Assembly (NCBI RefSeq): GCF_963921235.1 | Contig: NC_086097.1 | Coordinates: 38,504,001 to 38,568,000, forward strand | Direction: 5' to 3' | DNA from: Mobula hypostoma | Lineage: Eukaryota | DNA: 64,000 bases | In this document: positions 24,173 through 38,034 of the stretch, in pieces | How positions within the stretch are numbered: position 1 is the first letter of the stretch | How the letters are laid out: every line of letters starts with the position of its first letter | The notes under the pieces: generated by a model | Database searches by the model: none | Told to the model about the DNA's origin: nothing | Seen by the model: the letters and a program-made list of their open reading frames with translations, nothing else | Made by a program: the position numbers and the translations under genes

Positions 24173-26620
24173 AACACACAACTGCTGGATAGACTCAGTG
24201 GGTCAAGCAGCATCTATGGAAGGAAGTGGCAGTCAATGTTTTGGGTCAAGACCCTTCATAAGGAAAGGAAAAGGGGATATTGCCAGTATAAAAGGGGGGG
24301 GACAAGGGGTAGAACAAGAGCTGGTAAGTGATAGGTGAATCCAGGTGAGAAAGGGAAGTAGACAAATGGGGAGGGGGAGGGGGAAAAGTGGGAATAATAC
24401 AAGCTGGAAGATGATAGGCAGACATTTCAGAGGATTGAAGATGGAATCTGATGGAAAATGACAGTGGACTATGGAATAAAGGGAAGGAGGTGAGGAGACA
24501 AACTGGATGAAGAAATACAGGTTTCCCCTGCCATCTGAAGGTACAGCGTTCCTATGAAACGGTTCGTAAACCGGAATGTCGTAAAGCAAAGAAGCAATTA
24601 CCATTTATATGGGAAAATTTTGTGAGCGTTCGCAGACCCAAAAATAACCTACCAAATCATGCCAAATAACACATTAAACCTAAAATAACAGTAACATATA
24701 GTAAAAGCAAGAATGATATGATAAATACACAGCCTATATAAATTAGAAATACTTCTCTACAACGATTGCCTGCACTGTTCTCCGTAGCGAAAATCTCACG
24801 CAAGCGCTGTCCGCAGTAAATCTCACGCAAGTGCTCTCCAGTAACCTTTAAGCTATAAAGCTGCCAAATCATACCAAATAACACCTAAAAATACACAGCC
24901 GATATAAAGTAGAAATAATGTATGTACAGTGTAATATCACTTACTGGAATTGGGAAGACAGTGCCGAGCACACTGATGATGGTGTGTTAGGCTGAGTCGT
25001 CAGAGATTGGGGTGGTGCAGTGGCCCCCACCCTCCGGGCAGCGACCTGATACCGATCTGCGAAGCATGCAGGAGTCCAACGGTGGCCAGGATGCACCCAG
25101 CACATCTTTAAGAAAAAAGCCAAAATAAGCAAGCTAATTAATTAGGTGCCACCCGGCACGTAATTAATTAGCTTGTTTATTCCAGCTTTTTTCTTAAAGA
25201 CGTGCTGGGTGCCTCCTGGCTACCGCTGCATTCTCCGCGAGTCGGTATCTGTCCGTGGTCCGGAGGTTTGAGGTGGTGGGACACAGGGGTATGATCTCAT
25301 CGTTGTCTGTTTCCATCAGGGCAGGCAGGTCATCTTCTTCTGTGTCTGCCTGCCTCAATGTCGAAGTTCGTCGTCAGCTGTGGCTGATGTGGAAGGCTTG
25401 CTTGACTGCTTAGCCTCGCGCATTTTTCTATCATACAGTTCTTTGTTAACCAACTTGCAAATATGCCCTAAACTGACGTACCCTTTCAAAATTAAAGTCG
25501 TACTTTATCATTGCAGCGAAAATCTCACGCAGTTGCTTCACGTTCAGTTCCTGGACGACTTCACTTTCGGTCCGTAATCTACTGCATTCGGTTTTGATTG
25601 TTATCCTTTCCTCTTCCAATTGCATCAGCTCTTCATCTATCAGTTCTTGGTCATGGGATGCCAAAACCTCTTCAACATCTTCATCAACTTCCACAAGCCA
25701 AATTCACTTTGTCCTTACTTCGTTCACCACGATCGAAACGCTTAGCTATGTCTAGTTTTACGCTAAGTGCAACACTCTTACAAACTCTTTTACGCTTTTC
25801 TGATGCTTTAGAACTCATCTTGCTAATGGGTGCTCACAGGCACGTGTTTAAGCAATGCCGATGAGAATGCCGTTCCCGGGGAGAGCGGCTGCTCAGGGCG
25901 CGTGCTTTTTTTTTCCTTGCGCTGATTTTTATCGCGCACTGCTTTTTTCGTAACAGTGAAAACACCTTCTGTTAGCGAAAATAGGGAACTAATGTAGGTC
26001 TTTTGTAACAGCGAGGTGTCGTAAAGCGAACGTTCAAAAAGTGGGGGGACACCTGTATGTAAGTGATGGGGCCAGTAGGATAAGAGAACACAAAACAGGT
26101 TGGGGTGGTGGGAGGGGAGAGATAGAGGGGAATAGTCAGTGTAAGTAAAAGAAATTGTTCTTTATGCATCAGCTTAGAAACTACCAAGATAAAATAAAAG
26201 GTACTATTCCTATAATCTACACCTAGTCTCAATTCGGCAGCAGAGGCAGCCATCTCGATGTGCCCATCATCTACATATTCCTCCCTTCATTTCCTCTCAT
26301 CATATTTATTCCATGCTCCATCATCCTCTCCTATCTGATTCCATCCTCCTCAAACCTTTGTCATTTCACCCCACAACTTCTTGCACTATTCCCACTCTCC
26401 CCCATACCCCACTCACCTTGATTCAACTATCAGCCGCCAACCCTTGCTAGACCCCCTCCCTTTTCTATTGACCATCTTTCTTCTTTCATTCCAGTCCTGA
26501 CGTTTCATGACCTGAAACAGTGACAGTCCATTTCCCTCCATTGTCACTGCCAGAACCAGAGTTCATCCAGCATTTTGCAGAGTGCTCAAGATTTCAGCAA
26601 CTGCATTCTTTTGTACATCT
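24173..26620. mobile_element. Old Penelope-like element with inverted terminal repeats, interrupted by a Tigger-like insertion
   Basis: Minus-strand terminal repeat at about 24173-24500 and plus-strand copy at about 26260-26620, each with a degenerate hammerhead motif. Confidence 0.65.
24518..26055 (-). mobile_element. Internally deleted Tigger1-like transposon, copy A
   Basis: TA|CAGGTTTCCCC...GGGGACACCTG|TA; remnants of N-terminal HTH and C-terminus (EVDEDVEEVLASHDQELIDEELMQLEEE), no DDE core. Confidence 0.88.
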
Positions 26621-27124
26621 CCATTTCGGACCATGGACCATTCATAAGAACTTGAAGTAAGCTGAGTATTTCCAGTATTCAGTGCTTTTGGATCAGATAG
26701 TGGAGTATTCAGCCTTCCAACACCCCTTCCCATTTTAACAGTGTAATAATTATAAAGTTATAATTAAACAAATCAGAATTTTAAATTATAAAATTAGAGT
26801 GGTCAGAGAATTTGTTGATAGAGAAACAAAGTTAATCATAACAAATACTGACGCTAAAAAAGGTAGATCAGGCAAAACTATGTTGGAAAGAAAAGGGTAA
26901 AAGCCACAAGAAGAAATGGCAAAAAGGCAAACAAGGAGAAAAGAGCAAAATGGAAATGAGGAGAAAAAGGTAAAAGCTTCCTTCAAACTTCACTTGTGCA
27001 AGTCTCTAAAAGTAGAGAAAAATACAAATTAAATTCCTTAGAACTACTTTAATTTTCATATGTTTTGTTAAAAATTACACGCCAAAACAGAATGCAGTCC
27101 CAATTCAACAGATACAATACTCAC

Positions 27125-27207
27125 AAGTTAGAGTTTTTATTCATACTGTAAAACTTGCGTCGTGCAGCACACATTCGCCAAACATATTTAGAAGTTTCCA
27201 TATCTTC
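27125..27207 (-). CDS. PTPN21: PTPN21 coding exon 9 (FERM end), 83 nt
   Basis: [27 protein letters not shown](L); CAG/GTGAG, phases 0 to 2. Confidence 0.94.
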
Positions 27208-27700
27208 CTGTAGGAATAAAATTTAAAACAATAACACTAAGTGTTAAGTTTTCACAAAGAATAGCATATTTAAGAAAGGAAATGGAAACATAACTAATTA
27301 AAAGATTAGATATACATAGAAAAGTTTCCGAAAGTTTCAGTGGGCTGAGAGGTCTTTTAGTGGTGAGGCAGCACAAGGTTTAAAAAGACCTAAGGGCCTT
27401 TTGGAATTTTTCTGGCAGGCTGCAATCATCATGATCTTTTAAACACTCAGCAGGAGCCAATAAAAAGAAACGGAGAATAAAAAGAATCATAGTAACAGAG
27501 TAACTGATAGCCTTGAATAACATTAAAAAGGTATATCTGAAAATAGTAAGATTGCTTCTTAAAACAGATTATAGAAATGAAACATACCAACACTGGACCA
27601 TAACTTAGAATGAGCTACTTTCAGACAAAAGATTGGGCACAATTTTTATCAGCTATGCAATAGCATGTTCACAGCAACTGAATAGTTTCGGAACACTCAC

Positions 27701-27788
27701 AGTTTGGAACTGGATGGTCTCTTCTTTGTTTACCAATTCTAATGCAAAGGAGGACTTGTTGTGAGACATATTGGATATTTCATTCCAT
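27701..27788 (-). CDS. PTPN21: PTPN21 coding exon 8 (FERM F3), 88 nt
   Basis: [37 protein letters not shown], phases 2 to 0. Confidence 0.95.
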
Positions 27789-28826
27789 CTAAAGAAAAGG
27801 AAGATAAATTACAATTTCAAGCCAGGAAGGAATTATAATGAAGTTATGGATTTTTTTTTTTGCAAACACCATTTTAACAAATGATACACATCGCAGCCAG
27901 AGAATGCTGACTACAAATGAAGTCAATGCTCAGCAGTGGTTAATGGGCAGCCCATTGACAATCCTGCTATTGCAGATTGATAGCATTTGTGAAACTTCCT
28001 AACCTGAGCATTTCTGATAGCTTCAATTCTTATTTCATATTTCCAGCATCTGCAATATGTTGCTTGTGGACCAACAGTGGCTTAGATGTCCAGTTTTCCT
28101 ATGCTCAAAATCAATCCCATATAGCACTGCTACACAACATAAAGAAACATGTTCTCAATCTCTCGTCACACCATTTCTACAAAGTCCATGTAGTGGTCAC
28201 TCTATTACAGAGAAATGCATCCAGGCAATGAGGCTGATGAAAAAAAAATCAAGGTTTTTTTTTACTCCTTCCTATCTGCAGTGATAAGGACCAGAAGGCA
28301 ACTTTTGCAGGTCTTCTGAAATAAAAACAGAAAATGCAGGATACACTTAGCTCAGACAGCATCTAAGGAAAGACAAACAATATTAACATTTCAAGTGAAA
28401 TATTCTTCATCAAAACAACCTAGTACTATAATGGGAATGGCAATACATTTTATTCCCATTAACTGAATTTAGCTTAAGTTACCTTTCTGTCATGCAAGAT
28501 GCACCTCCAGATTAGACAAGGCCTCTAGATTAATAGTTCAGCAAAATCATCACTTGCTACTATGTTGACATGCAAAAAAGACCTAGATGTCTGCATCTAT
28601 GTACACAAATCAGTAAGGTCTTGGCTAATACATGACAAAGAACATAAAAGGACAAACTATTAGTGTTTTATCACTATCAAATTTGAATATAAAGCAAAAA
28701 AGCATAAAGGTTGATAGATTCCTGATTAATAAGGGCATCAAAGGGTTGAGAGGGATAATAAATCAGCAATAATAGAATAGTGCAGCAGACATCAAACAAA
28801 AACCATCTTAAATGTTGCCTTCAGGA

Positions 28827-29097
28827 GGGCGGCACGGTAGCGTAGTGGTTAGCACAACACTTTATAGTACCAGCGCCTTGGGTTCAATTCCCGCCTCTTT
28901 CTGTAGGGAGTTTGTGTACATTCTCTGGGTGCTCCAGTTTCCTCTCTCAGCCCAAAGATGTACCAGTTGTTAGGTTAATTGGTCATTGGAAATTGTCCTG
29001 TGATGAGGCTAGAGTTAAAAAAGGGGTTGCTGAGCAGTGCAGCTTGAAGGGCGAGGTGGGCCTACTCTGCACTGTACCTCAATCAACCAATCAATAA
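28827..29097 (+). mobile_element. tRNA-derived V-SINE-like element
   Basis: Pol III A box TAGCGTAGTGG, B box GGTTCAATTCC, V-domain-like GGGTGCTCCAGTTTCCTC, (CAAT)n tail. Confidence 0.8.
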
Positions 29098-29584
29098 TGT
29101 CAAGAAAGGATCACCCCTGGAAAGTCTGCAGTTTTGAATCACCATAGAACCTCAGAAGGGGTAAAGCAAGGGGGGATGACATTCCCATTGAATCCATACC
29201 ATCACCTCAATATCCATTAAATGGCACATGGGCTGAATAGCACCACATACTTTCAGATGCCGATGGCTGTAGGATATAAGTTGTAGGTAAGAATTCAATT
29301 TTATTAAAAGTGATGAAATGATAAAGCAATTAATTCTTTTGCTGACTTTCAATTGTTCTTGGTTTCTGTAGGTACTATTATTACACTCATTTATTTTTTC
29401 ACCTCCTGGTTTCTTTTTAAGTAATAATGGGTTTACCAATAGGATGTTTTTGAAGGAGGACAGAGGAAGTGTTCTGTGACTACCTTGCAAAATTCCGATT
29501 CCAAGTCAGTCTATTTTGCCAGAATGTTCAGAGCACAGTATTCTAACAAAGCATATAAAGGTGCACCAGTCCCTTAGAAGACAG

Positions 29585-30870
29585 ATTATCCTCCTTGTGA
29601 GGACACGCAGTCCTCTTTTATTGTTATTTACTAATGCATGCATTAAGAAATGATACAACGTTCCTCCAGTGTGATATCACAGAAACACAAGACAGACCAA
29701 GACTGAAAAACTGACAAAAACCACATAATTATAACATATAGTTACAACAGTGCAAGCAATACCGTAATTTGGCGGGAGGAGAAGATGGTGATGCAACACA
29801 GCGCGCACAGCTCTCTAGTGAAATGATATCGTATTTGTTAAATAGGGGCCGTGCAATTATGATTTGATGGAGACAGCCGTGAGAGCACGGAGGAACATCT
29901 GGAGTAACTTCTGAAATGCCTGGTTCGCTGCCACTGCTACTGTGCGATTCAGAATCTCCGGAGGGAAGGCCCCAAAATCCTCGGCTTTGCCTGCTGCTGG
30001 CAGCCGGGGCTGGGGTCGAAGCGTTCGGCAGAGATGGTGCTCGGTGTTGGAGGGCTGGTCGGAGCTCGAAGTTTTCAGACAACTCAGAGTCAGGCTGTGG
30101 TCGGGTATGGCAAGGGGAGTTTTCTTCCTTCTCCCGTCTGCGTGAGATGTGGGACTTTCGAAAGACTTTGAACTTTTTACCGTGCTTATGGTCTGTTCTT
30201 CTAACAAATTACTGTGTTGCTTGCACTGTTGTAACTATATGTTATAATTATGTGGTTTTTGTCAGTTTTTCAGTCTTGGTCTGACCTTTGTTTCTGTGAT
30301 ATCACACTGGAGGAATATTGTATCATTTCTTAATGCATGCTTTACTAAATGACAATAAAAGAGTACTGGGTGTCCCCGTAATCTAATCTAATCTAATAGA
30401 GAACAGACCATGGGCACGGTAAAAAAAAAAGTCTCAAAGTCTCTTGAAAGTCCCATTATCTGACGCAGACGGTAGAAGGAAGAAAATTCTCCCTGCCATG
30501 AGCTTTCAGTGCCGCAAACTTGCCGACGCAGCATCCTGGAAGCACCCAATCACAGTCCAACTCCGAGTCCGTCCGAAAATTTCGAGCCTCCGACCAGCCC
30601 TCCGACACCAAGCATCATTGGGGCCGAGCACTTCGGCCGCCAGCAACAGGCAAAGTCGAGGATTTGGGGCCTTCTCCTCCGGAGATTCTCTATCGCACAG
30701 TAGCAGTGGCAGCGAACCGGGCATTTCAGAAGTTACTCCAGATGTTCCTCCGTGCTTCTCATGTCTGTCTCTGTCAAATCCAAATTGTGCACAGCATCCT
30801 ACTTACAAAAACCGATATCATTCACCGCAGAGGCCACGCGCGCTGTGTCGTGCCGCCATCTTCTCCCTCC
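29585..30870 (-). mobile_element. Non-autonomous retroelement, host copy split by an antisense copy of the same family
   Basis: 5' part at 30399-30870 and 3' part at 29585-29770 join into a sequence colinear with the copy at 29772-30398. Confidence 0.82.
29772..30398 (+). mobile_element. Non-autonomous retroelement, inserted copy (GAGAAGATGG head, AATAAA + (AATCT)n tail)
   Basis: About 630 bp, microsatellite tail, similar along its length to the flanking minus-strand copy. Confidence 0.82.
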
Positions 30871-32115
30871 ATGATGCAACTTACACTGCATCACCATTAC
30901 AATTGGTATATCCTCCTTATAGTATTTTGCTCAGAAACAAACGTACTCTCATATGTGGTGTTTACAACCTTAGGACAACCTTGTTTTTGAAATTTTTGGA
31001 TATATTCATTTTCATGTGTCCACCCACTACACTTATATATGGGCTAACCCCTAAATCCCATGATTTTCAAAAGTATTCTGATCTATCATTTTCAGGTCCA
31101 AAGTGGATAACCTCATTTGCCTCACCTTTTCTCTCTCAATTTTACAATTGTGTCTTTAGTAAATCCTATCCTGTAATTTAATTATTTATAAATACTGAGC
31201 AAGGAATGCTGCAAATCACATTGTGTCATTTACTATTCCGTTACACCTATTCTTTGTTACCTTTTGCTTATTCAATCCCCTTAATCACTTCATAACTTGC
31301 CCTCGAATTATATGTCAACTTAAGCAAGTAGCTAATGAAAAGCTTTACAAATGCCGTTTGGAAATCCATTTAATACCCATTAACATCTGTCTATTCATTT
31401 CTTGCCAATTTTTGCAATCCTTCTTCCACAAAATATTACTGGGAAAGTCCTACATTTACACAACAGCATCATGGGCACCCAGAAGTTCCTTTAATATTAC
31501 ATTTCTGCAACAGCCTCTTGGTCTGTGGGAAAACACAATACACTGGAGTTGTTTCTGAAAACGGTATCAGAACCTTCTACTCTTTCCCCTCAATACATCC
31601 CTTTAAATTATCCAATGTACAATTAATTACTTCAACTTGAGTACTCTTTGCATCTGCCTAAATCTGCATGATTTAGACTAACTTGTGGAAATCATGTTGC
31701 ATTAACACATTAACAGTTCTTATTTAAAATAGCCTATGTTTTATTCTCCAAGGTATGAGAGTTGCCCCTCAAACTGGCTTTTCCAGAAACACCTAGTTAC
31801 AATGTGCACATAGTTTGTAACTAGAAACTTGGTTGTAAATGCAAACTTTATCTTATGTACAAAATTGCCAAATTAACAGCTTCTGGAACACTGAAGAAAT
31901 GCACATGCTAAAATAGTAGATTGGACAGTAATACAAATCTTCTGTTGAAAACAATTACGGCTGCACTTCAAATTAGTAGATTCATTGGTAAATTTGCGGC
32001 CAATAACTTAGCATTTATCCGATTACGAAATGCCACTCAAACCCAGTGTTGGGTTTTCTTGTAATTTGATAACTTTTTAAATTAGTCATTAAATCTGTGG
32101 TATGACAAGCCTTAC

Positions 32116-32204
32116 TTGAAAACAGAGGGAAGTCTGCCATTTTTGTGCTTCATAAAGATGCCTTCCAAACATGTGCCTATTAATAGATCATTTCCTTGGC
32201 TGTC
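32116..32204 (-). CDS. PTPN21: PTPN21 coding exon 7 (FERM F3), 89 nt
   Basis: [29 protein letters not shown](K); TAG/GTAAG, phases 0 to 2. Confidence 0.94.
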
Positions 32205-33477
32205 CTAAAAACAAAAAAAAAGGGAGAAATCAGAAGTAAATATTTACTGAGAGAAATTCCACTTACATTTCACATGATTAAAACATAACCTTATCAGCAA
32301 TGAGTGGAAAGAAACATATGACATTCTCCCAGCTTGTTGTGGTACTTTGTGATTGGAAGTAGATTGCTTTCTCGTTTTCCTTTACATTTTATAATCACAT
32401 TCCTTGGTTTTAACATTTCGGCTCATTAATTTTCTTCTTATTCCAAACCCATTATGATTTATATGCTGACGTGCAGAAATGCTAGTCACCATGCTATCAG
32501 TTAAAGAAATAACATTAGGATGTCTTTGTGAGCTGACAACTATTTCTGATTTAAAATTTGTTAAAATAAACTGGATTTTTGGTTTTAACCAATTTTATTT
32601 TCAATGTCTCACAAAAAAAGAGACAAAAGCAGATGTTTGGACTTATTGGCTATAACTTGATCAAAGGAAAATATTGAACATTTAAAAAAAATTCTTGTGG
32701 TTCTCTTGTAACCTAAAAAATCCTGCCGAATACAAATGAAACAAGTTGAAATCCTCAAACCAATGGCTGATGCAGATCCCCATATTTTAACTAAGATATT
32801 AACTGTAAAAAGTATGTTTAATATTTTAAAACTTATGAATTTGTATCATTTAGAATAGAGTTGTCCTGCTTTAGTACACATTTCATTAAATCTAGACAAG
32901 TTTTTTGAGAGGATAATTTTACATCTTATCTTTCCATCTCCTCAGAATGGTTAAAGTCAGATTAGTCCACACATCTAGTAAGCAATTTAGTACAAATATC
33001 TTGTCCTAAACATTGTAAGTTAGCAGGTGGAGATGTTCTGCAATTGTCAGTTTATGTAAACTTAAAGTAACCCAAGTATATACTGCAAGTTTACTCTGTG
33101 GATCAAACTAATAGAAAATTGTCAGAGAGAAGGCAAAGTATTATCCTTCCTTCTCGCCGCCACCAATATTAGGAGTAATCTATTGCCAACCCATTTATAC
33201 CACTCTGGTAAACATTGAATTGCTAATTTGCCTCATTAAGACAGATGTTTATTAGAAAATATTTTCAAAGATGTGATACAATTTGCTGGAAACTCTAAAC
33301 TATTACCACTCCTAATGGCATTGACAAGCTAATATTGAAGTGCTCAAGTCTATGTGCTGCTATCCGGGCGTGCAATCTTGGATCTGTCAAAAATACTACT
33401 CAACATTCTGAGAAAGTTACAAAGTTGTTACTATAACATTGCACCTGATTTAAAATACAATTTTTCCTATTTAATAC

Positions 33478-33565
33478 CTTGGCGGTGTAGCTTTCATGGC
33501 CATAGCCTTCCATTTTCACTACCTCCTGAAGATAAAGTAATTCCGCCTCAGAGGGAGTAAGACCC
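33478..33565 (-). CDS. PTPN21: PTPN21 coding exon 6 (FERM), 88 nt
   Basis: [34 protein letters not shown], phases 2 to 0. Confidence 0.94.
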
Positions 33566-34130
33566 CTAAAAATAAAGCAGAATAGAAATAAATGTAGAAA
33601 GAATAAGTTCTGTTCAGTGCATTACATCAGTCGCTGAAATTTCGTAAGTAAAATCCAGATTAATAATGGAAACAATTCAAAGTTCACATCACTAAATTCT
33701 TTTAAAACTTGTTTTACAATGTTACCTTCTTTTGCTAACGTTACATTCACTGTTCCTTGCCATTTTAATTTATATTGCAAAATGTATTATACAGTACATC
33801 TAAGTTTGCATAAATTGATGTCACTTCAGTATTACGCTACTAAAATAATAAGCCAACTAATTTAATTTTATTTATTTTATTAAGGCAATAACTAAGGTGG
33901 CTGATTATAATTATCTGATCTCAGACATCAGCAAAGCTGCCCTAAATCCATTTGTTTGATGTGCACAAACACAGCTTGAATGACCTTAATTTGATTCAAT
34001 CATTCCTTAATTTTCAGTAAGAGTTCACTACACTTGCTGTATTAGCGACTGAATACATAACCACAACATTCTATCGAAACAATTCAATAGTATGTGAGTG
34101 GAAAAGAAACAAAATTCTTAAAAGCCTAAC

Positions 34131-34201
34131 CTGAATTTCTGATATAGTGAAGCAACTTTCTGTGTTGCATCCTGTAGCATTCGCTCATCTTGAATCCAAT
34201 T
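34131..34201 (-). CDS. PTPN21: PTPN21 coding exon 5 (FERM), 71 nt
   Basis: NWIQDERMLQDATQKVASLYQKF(R); AAG acceptor, GTTAGG donor, phases 0 to 2. Confidence 0.92.
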
Positions 34202-34621
34202 CTTTGGGAAGCAGGGACAAGGTTTAAAAAAACACACACACACAAAAAATAAGCTTTTAAGAAAAAGATACTATATTGCTACTTGTTTTCTTTTTGATGT
34301 AACACTTCATTTAGTTTAATTTCATTATAAAAAGCATAAAAATCTACTTTTCGAAAATTACTGAGCCAGACAAATATCACCATGTTCATACACTATTTTT
34401 AGTCCCTTTACTGTTTTAAGCAATAAAACTAAAAATAATTGTCTTGAATAATTTCAATTTCCTTTCAATTTAAATATTCATGAACCTCTGACACAGAAAC
34501 ATCTAAAGATAGTCAAAAGTCCACGGAGAAAGTATTTCTATTCTGACATCTTAAATTATTCTTTAGAATAAACAACAATTTTCATTTCAAAAGTTTTTGA
34601 GTATGTATTAAATGAACTTAC

Positions 34622-34689
34622 AACTGGAAAAAGATCACATTTGTACAGGAAATCTTGGGATTCATACTGATCATAGTCTCCAAAATCAG
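34622..34689 (-). CDS. PTPN21: PTPN21 coding exon 4 (FERM), 68 nt
   Basis: (A)DFGDYDQYESQDFLYKCDLFPV; CAG/GTAAG, phases 1 to 0. Confidence 0.94.
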
Positions 34690-37080
34690 CTGAAGAAAAT
34701 CAAATGAAATCAGTTACACAGGAAAAAAAACAGCAAAAACCGTTACTTGCAAATGTGTATTCCTAGCCAAGCATATGAAATCCATTAAAAAAAAGTGAGA
34801 ACATCAGAACAAAGACTTGGAACAACCGTAAAGTGTCTGAAATTACACTTCGCCCAGAGACTTACTAATGCAAGAAATAAAAAGATTGTACTTGAAATAA
34901 TGTAAGTCTGTGGTTTCAAAGTACAGTTATAAAATTGAAAACAAGAGAACAGAAAACATACTTCAGATTACTACATAAACAGGTAAATATACATAATATA
35001 GTGCCAAACCTTCAAAAAAAAAAGCGCCAAGCTACTAAGTGCTTCTTTTTGTATTTAGCAGTGTTTTAAAGGGGGGTATTTGAAGAAACTAAAAATCTGC
35101 AGGACCACTTCTGCACAAGTGAAATGCTTCACATGTACAAATGGACTTGAAATTTCCAGAACATGAGTATTTATTTTAAATCAATTCGAGAATGACAGTC
35201 ATCTGACTTCATAGAGATCTGTTCCATTTTAACTGAGAATGAGATGCTTGAGCCAGTGAAGGCGCAAACAATTATTATGCAAACCACAAATTATTGACTG
35301 AAACCCTGGAGCTCAATGTAAGAGTCCAGTTAGTCTCTGTGCAAATATTTAAACTGACTCATTGTGTATGAGATGGATTAGATATATTTAATTCTAATGA
35401 GTTCAAGTAACATTTTAATTCTCTGATAAAGTCAGCTGCACAAATGAATATCAATATAAGGTGACTGCATCCAGGATGCAATAGAGTGACTACCATTTAC
35501 TAAAATACTCAAACTTCTATATTTATGGTACCATGTCAAATTTATGTAAATAAATATATTAATTCATTAATCTGAAATAAATTAGATTCAAATGAATTAG
35601 AGAACAACACATTTGCTCGTTTGTAAAAACTTTAAGAGGCCTTATTACAACTTTACCAGCCATCAGCACAACAATAACAACATAGAGTCTACCTAAGATT
35701 GAGAAAATAGAGCACAGAATATTTAAACTGCAAGACTATCCCTATTTGGTCACGTAACAATCAAAAAAAAAGCTCATCCTGAAAAGACGTTTTCCTGATT
35801 GTTGTCTAATACCCAAAATTCCAAACAATATCAAAACTTAAAAAATAGCAACTGAAGATGTTGCAAAATTCAAAATAAAAACAGAAAAATATAGAGTGTC
35901 CTCAAGCAGGTCAATCAGCAACTGTGAAGAGAAACAGATTTAACATTCCAGTTCAGTCAGAACTAGAAAGCTTTCTTTGACCTGGAACATGATCTGTTTC
36001 TCTTCCTAAGGTGCAACGTGACCCAATGAGCATTTCCAGCATCCGCAAGTTTTAAAATTTATTTTTAATTCATTTTGGAGGAACACTGATTCACAAGCTG
36101 TGAAGTGGTGTATGACAAGGTTTCCTTGTCCTTGTTTGACCTGAGCTACAAGTCTACGAAGGCTTGGACTTGATGTTGACACCCAATAGGGTAATACCCT
36201 CTCTCCCCGAATACCACTCTGAAACCTCTTCTTGTCCTGCCAGTGAGACAGTTTGTATCCAGGACTATGAGCAGGAGTCTAGTACATTATATTTAAGCTA
36301 TGATTCTGTGAATACAATTACACCGGGCTATTGCTTAACAATTCTAAGGGACCTCTCTCTCAATTAAGACACAAGTCATGTTCAGGAGCAGAACTCTGAA
36401 ATAGATTGGCCTGGAAGCAACTTTGCAAGATATGAATTTAGTGTCCAGATTGATATTCTATGCTGTACTTGAAATGTAGAAGGTGAACATAATTTCTCAA
36501 AGTGCTACTGCCAAATGCAGTTGTGAAAATTTGAGAACCAAGCTGCAATTTGGGTCAAGTGTAGGTAATGAAGGATCAAGAGATGCCAGGGATATGATAA
36601 ATAGATGGAAGTGGAACTGAGTAGCACGACTAAACATGGAAAGACAGTTATAAAGAGTGAAGGGCGGGAAATAAAATGCAGGTGATTACTTATGATTTTT
36701 GAGTCACTTTTGTGCTATGGTACGGGTGGAAAAATAGAAACAGCTTTTGGAATACAGCAAGATGTTCAAAAATATAGAGAAAAGAGCTGGGAGATGGGCA
36801 GTGGTTTGCCAGAGAAGAGAAGTCAAGAGTGTTTCGTTTTGGCTGGTAGAGATGAACAGTTTGGAAGGATCAAATTTTGAAAAGACCTGTACCTACTTAC
36901 AATGTAGTCAATGGGGAAGAACATCAAAGACTTTAACTACATAACTATTTGTCCATGTACATGAACCTTTTGATTTACTTAGCCAAAACAAAGGAAAACT
37001 AGAAACTTTGTACATTCATCCACGAAAATGCAGTGTCTGCCATGATTTCTGAATCAATGAAACATCAAACTTTTTCTTAC

Positions 37081-37178
37081 CTTGTACAGCTAGACCAGCA
37101 AGCTGAATTCCTTGTTCTAATGTGCAAGGTATGCGACCTTCTAAAATATCTTTCTTCAGTTGAAGATAATACTGGTAT
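37081..37178 (-). CDS. PTPN21: PTPN21 coding exon 3 (FERM), 98 nt
   Basis: [40 protein letters not shown], phases 2 to 1. Confidence 0.95.
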
Positions 37179-37864
37179 CTGCAAAAACAACTGTGCTTTC
37201 ACATTATACTCATACAAATGTCCTTCCCATTTACAACCAGTGTTAAAACATTTCTTCTTCCTACCCTAATAATATTAATGCCAATAATCCTGGCTACAAC
37301 ATCAGCTGAGATCATACAACTCAAAAGAAATGTTAACCTAGTGCTTGTGTAATTTTAGTAACATCAAAATGAAAGCTTAATTTCAAGATATTATGGCAGA
37401 TTTGCTTCCAAATGCATTGGTAACATGGACAGGTAATGTTAACATGACATTCAAAATTAAATTTTCTTTGAATAGTATTACAGTATAGTTCATCAGTCTA
37501 TGCCAGCTCCTCGGCCCAATTCACCCACAAACATGACTCTGCAAGTTATTCTTTCATTTGCTCATACAATTTCCTTTACAGTATCACAATATTACTGAAA
37601 TCACTCTACCCTGTAACCATCTTAATAATTTTTATGCAACCACTCTAGAGAAAAATCAACTTTGATGTTTAATTATATCCTTATAAATTATTCTATCTGG
37701 AATTTTGAATCTGCAAATATTGTAAACAACACAATGACTTTCCTACTGAATAACCAACAATAGTCAAGAAAGAGTCAATATCAATTGTTAAAATGTTAAC
37801 ACGAAGTCAAATTGAGACACTTTCTTCAAGCAACATTTGGAGCAAAGCCTTAAAGGTTGCATAC

Positions 37865-38034
37865 CTTGTAATCTCCTGTTGGAGCTGAATAATAGTTGGC
37901 ACATAGAAAACCACACCAAAGTAAACTGTAGGTTCAATGGCATATTTATCTAGCTGCTTTTTGATAGGCTTTTCCAGATCCACCCATCGGGATTGATTCT
38001 GTTTATTGTAATACCAAAGACTGAAGTAATTAAT
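37865..38034 (-). CDS. PTPN21: PTPN21 coding exon 2 (FERM), 170 nt
   Basis: [46 protein letters not shown]...QQEITR; CAG acceptor, GT donor, phases 0 to 2. Confidence 0.95.

Noticed and set aside
28827..28900. tRNA gene
   Set aside because: Has A/B boxes but no convincing cloverleaf and continues into a SINE body and tail.
29729..31181. Cluster of overlapping ORFs up to 245 aa as a novel gene
   Set aside because: They lie in GC-rich nested repeat copies on both strands and show no recognisable domain or splice logic.
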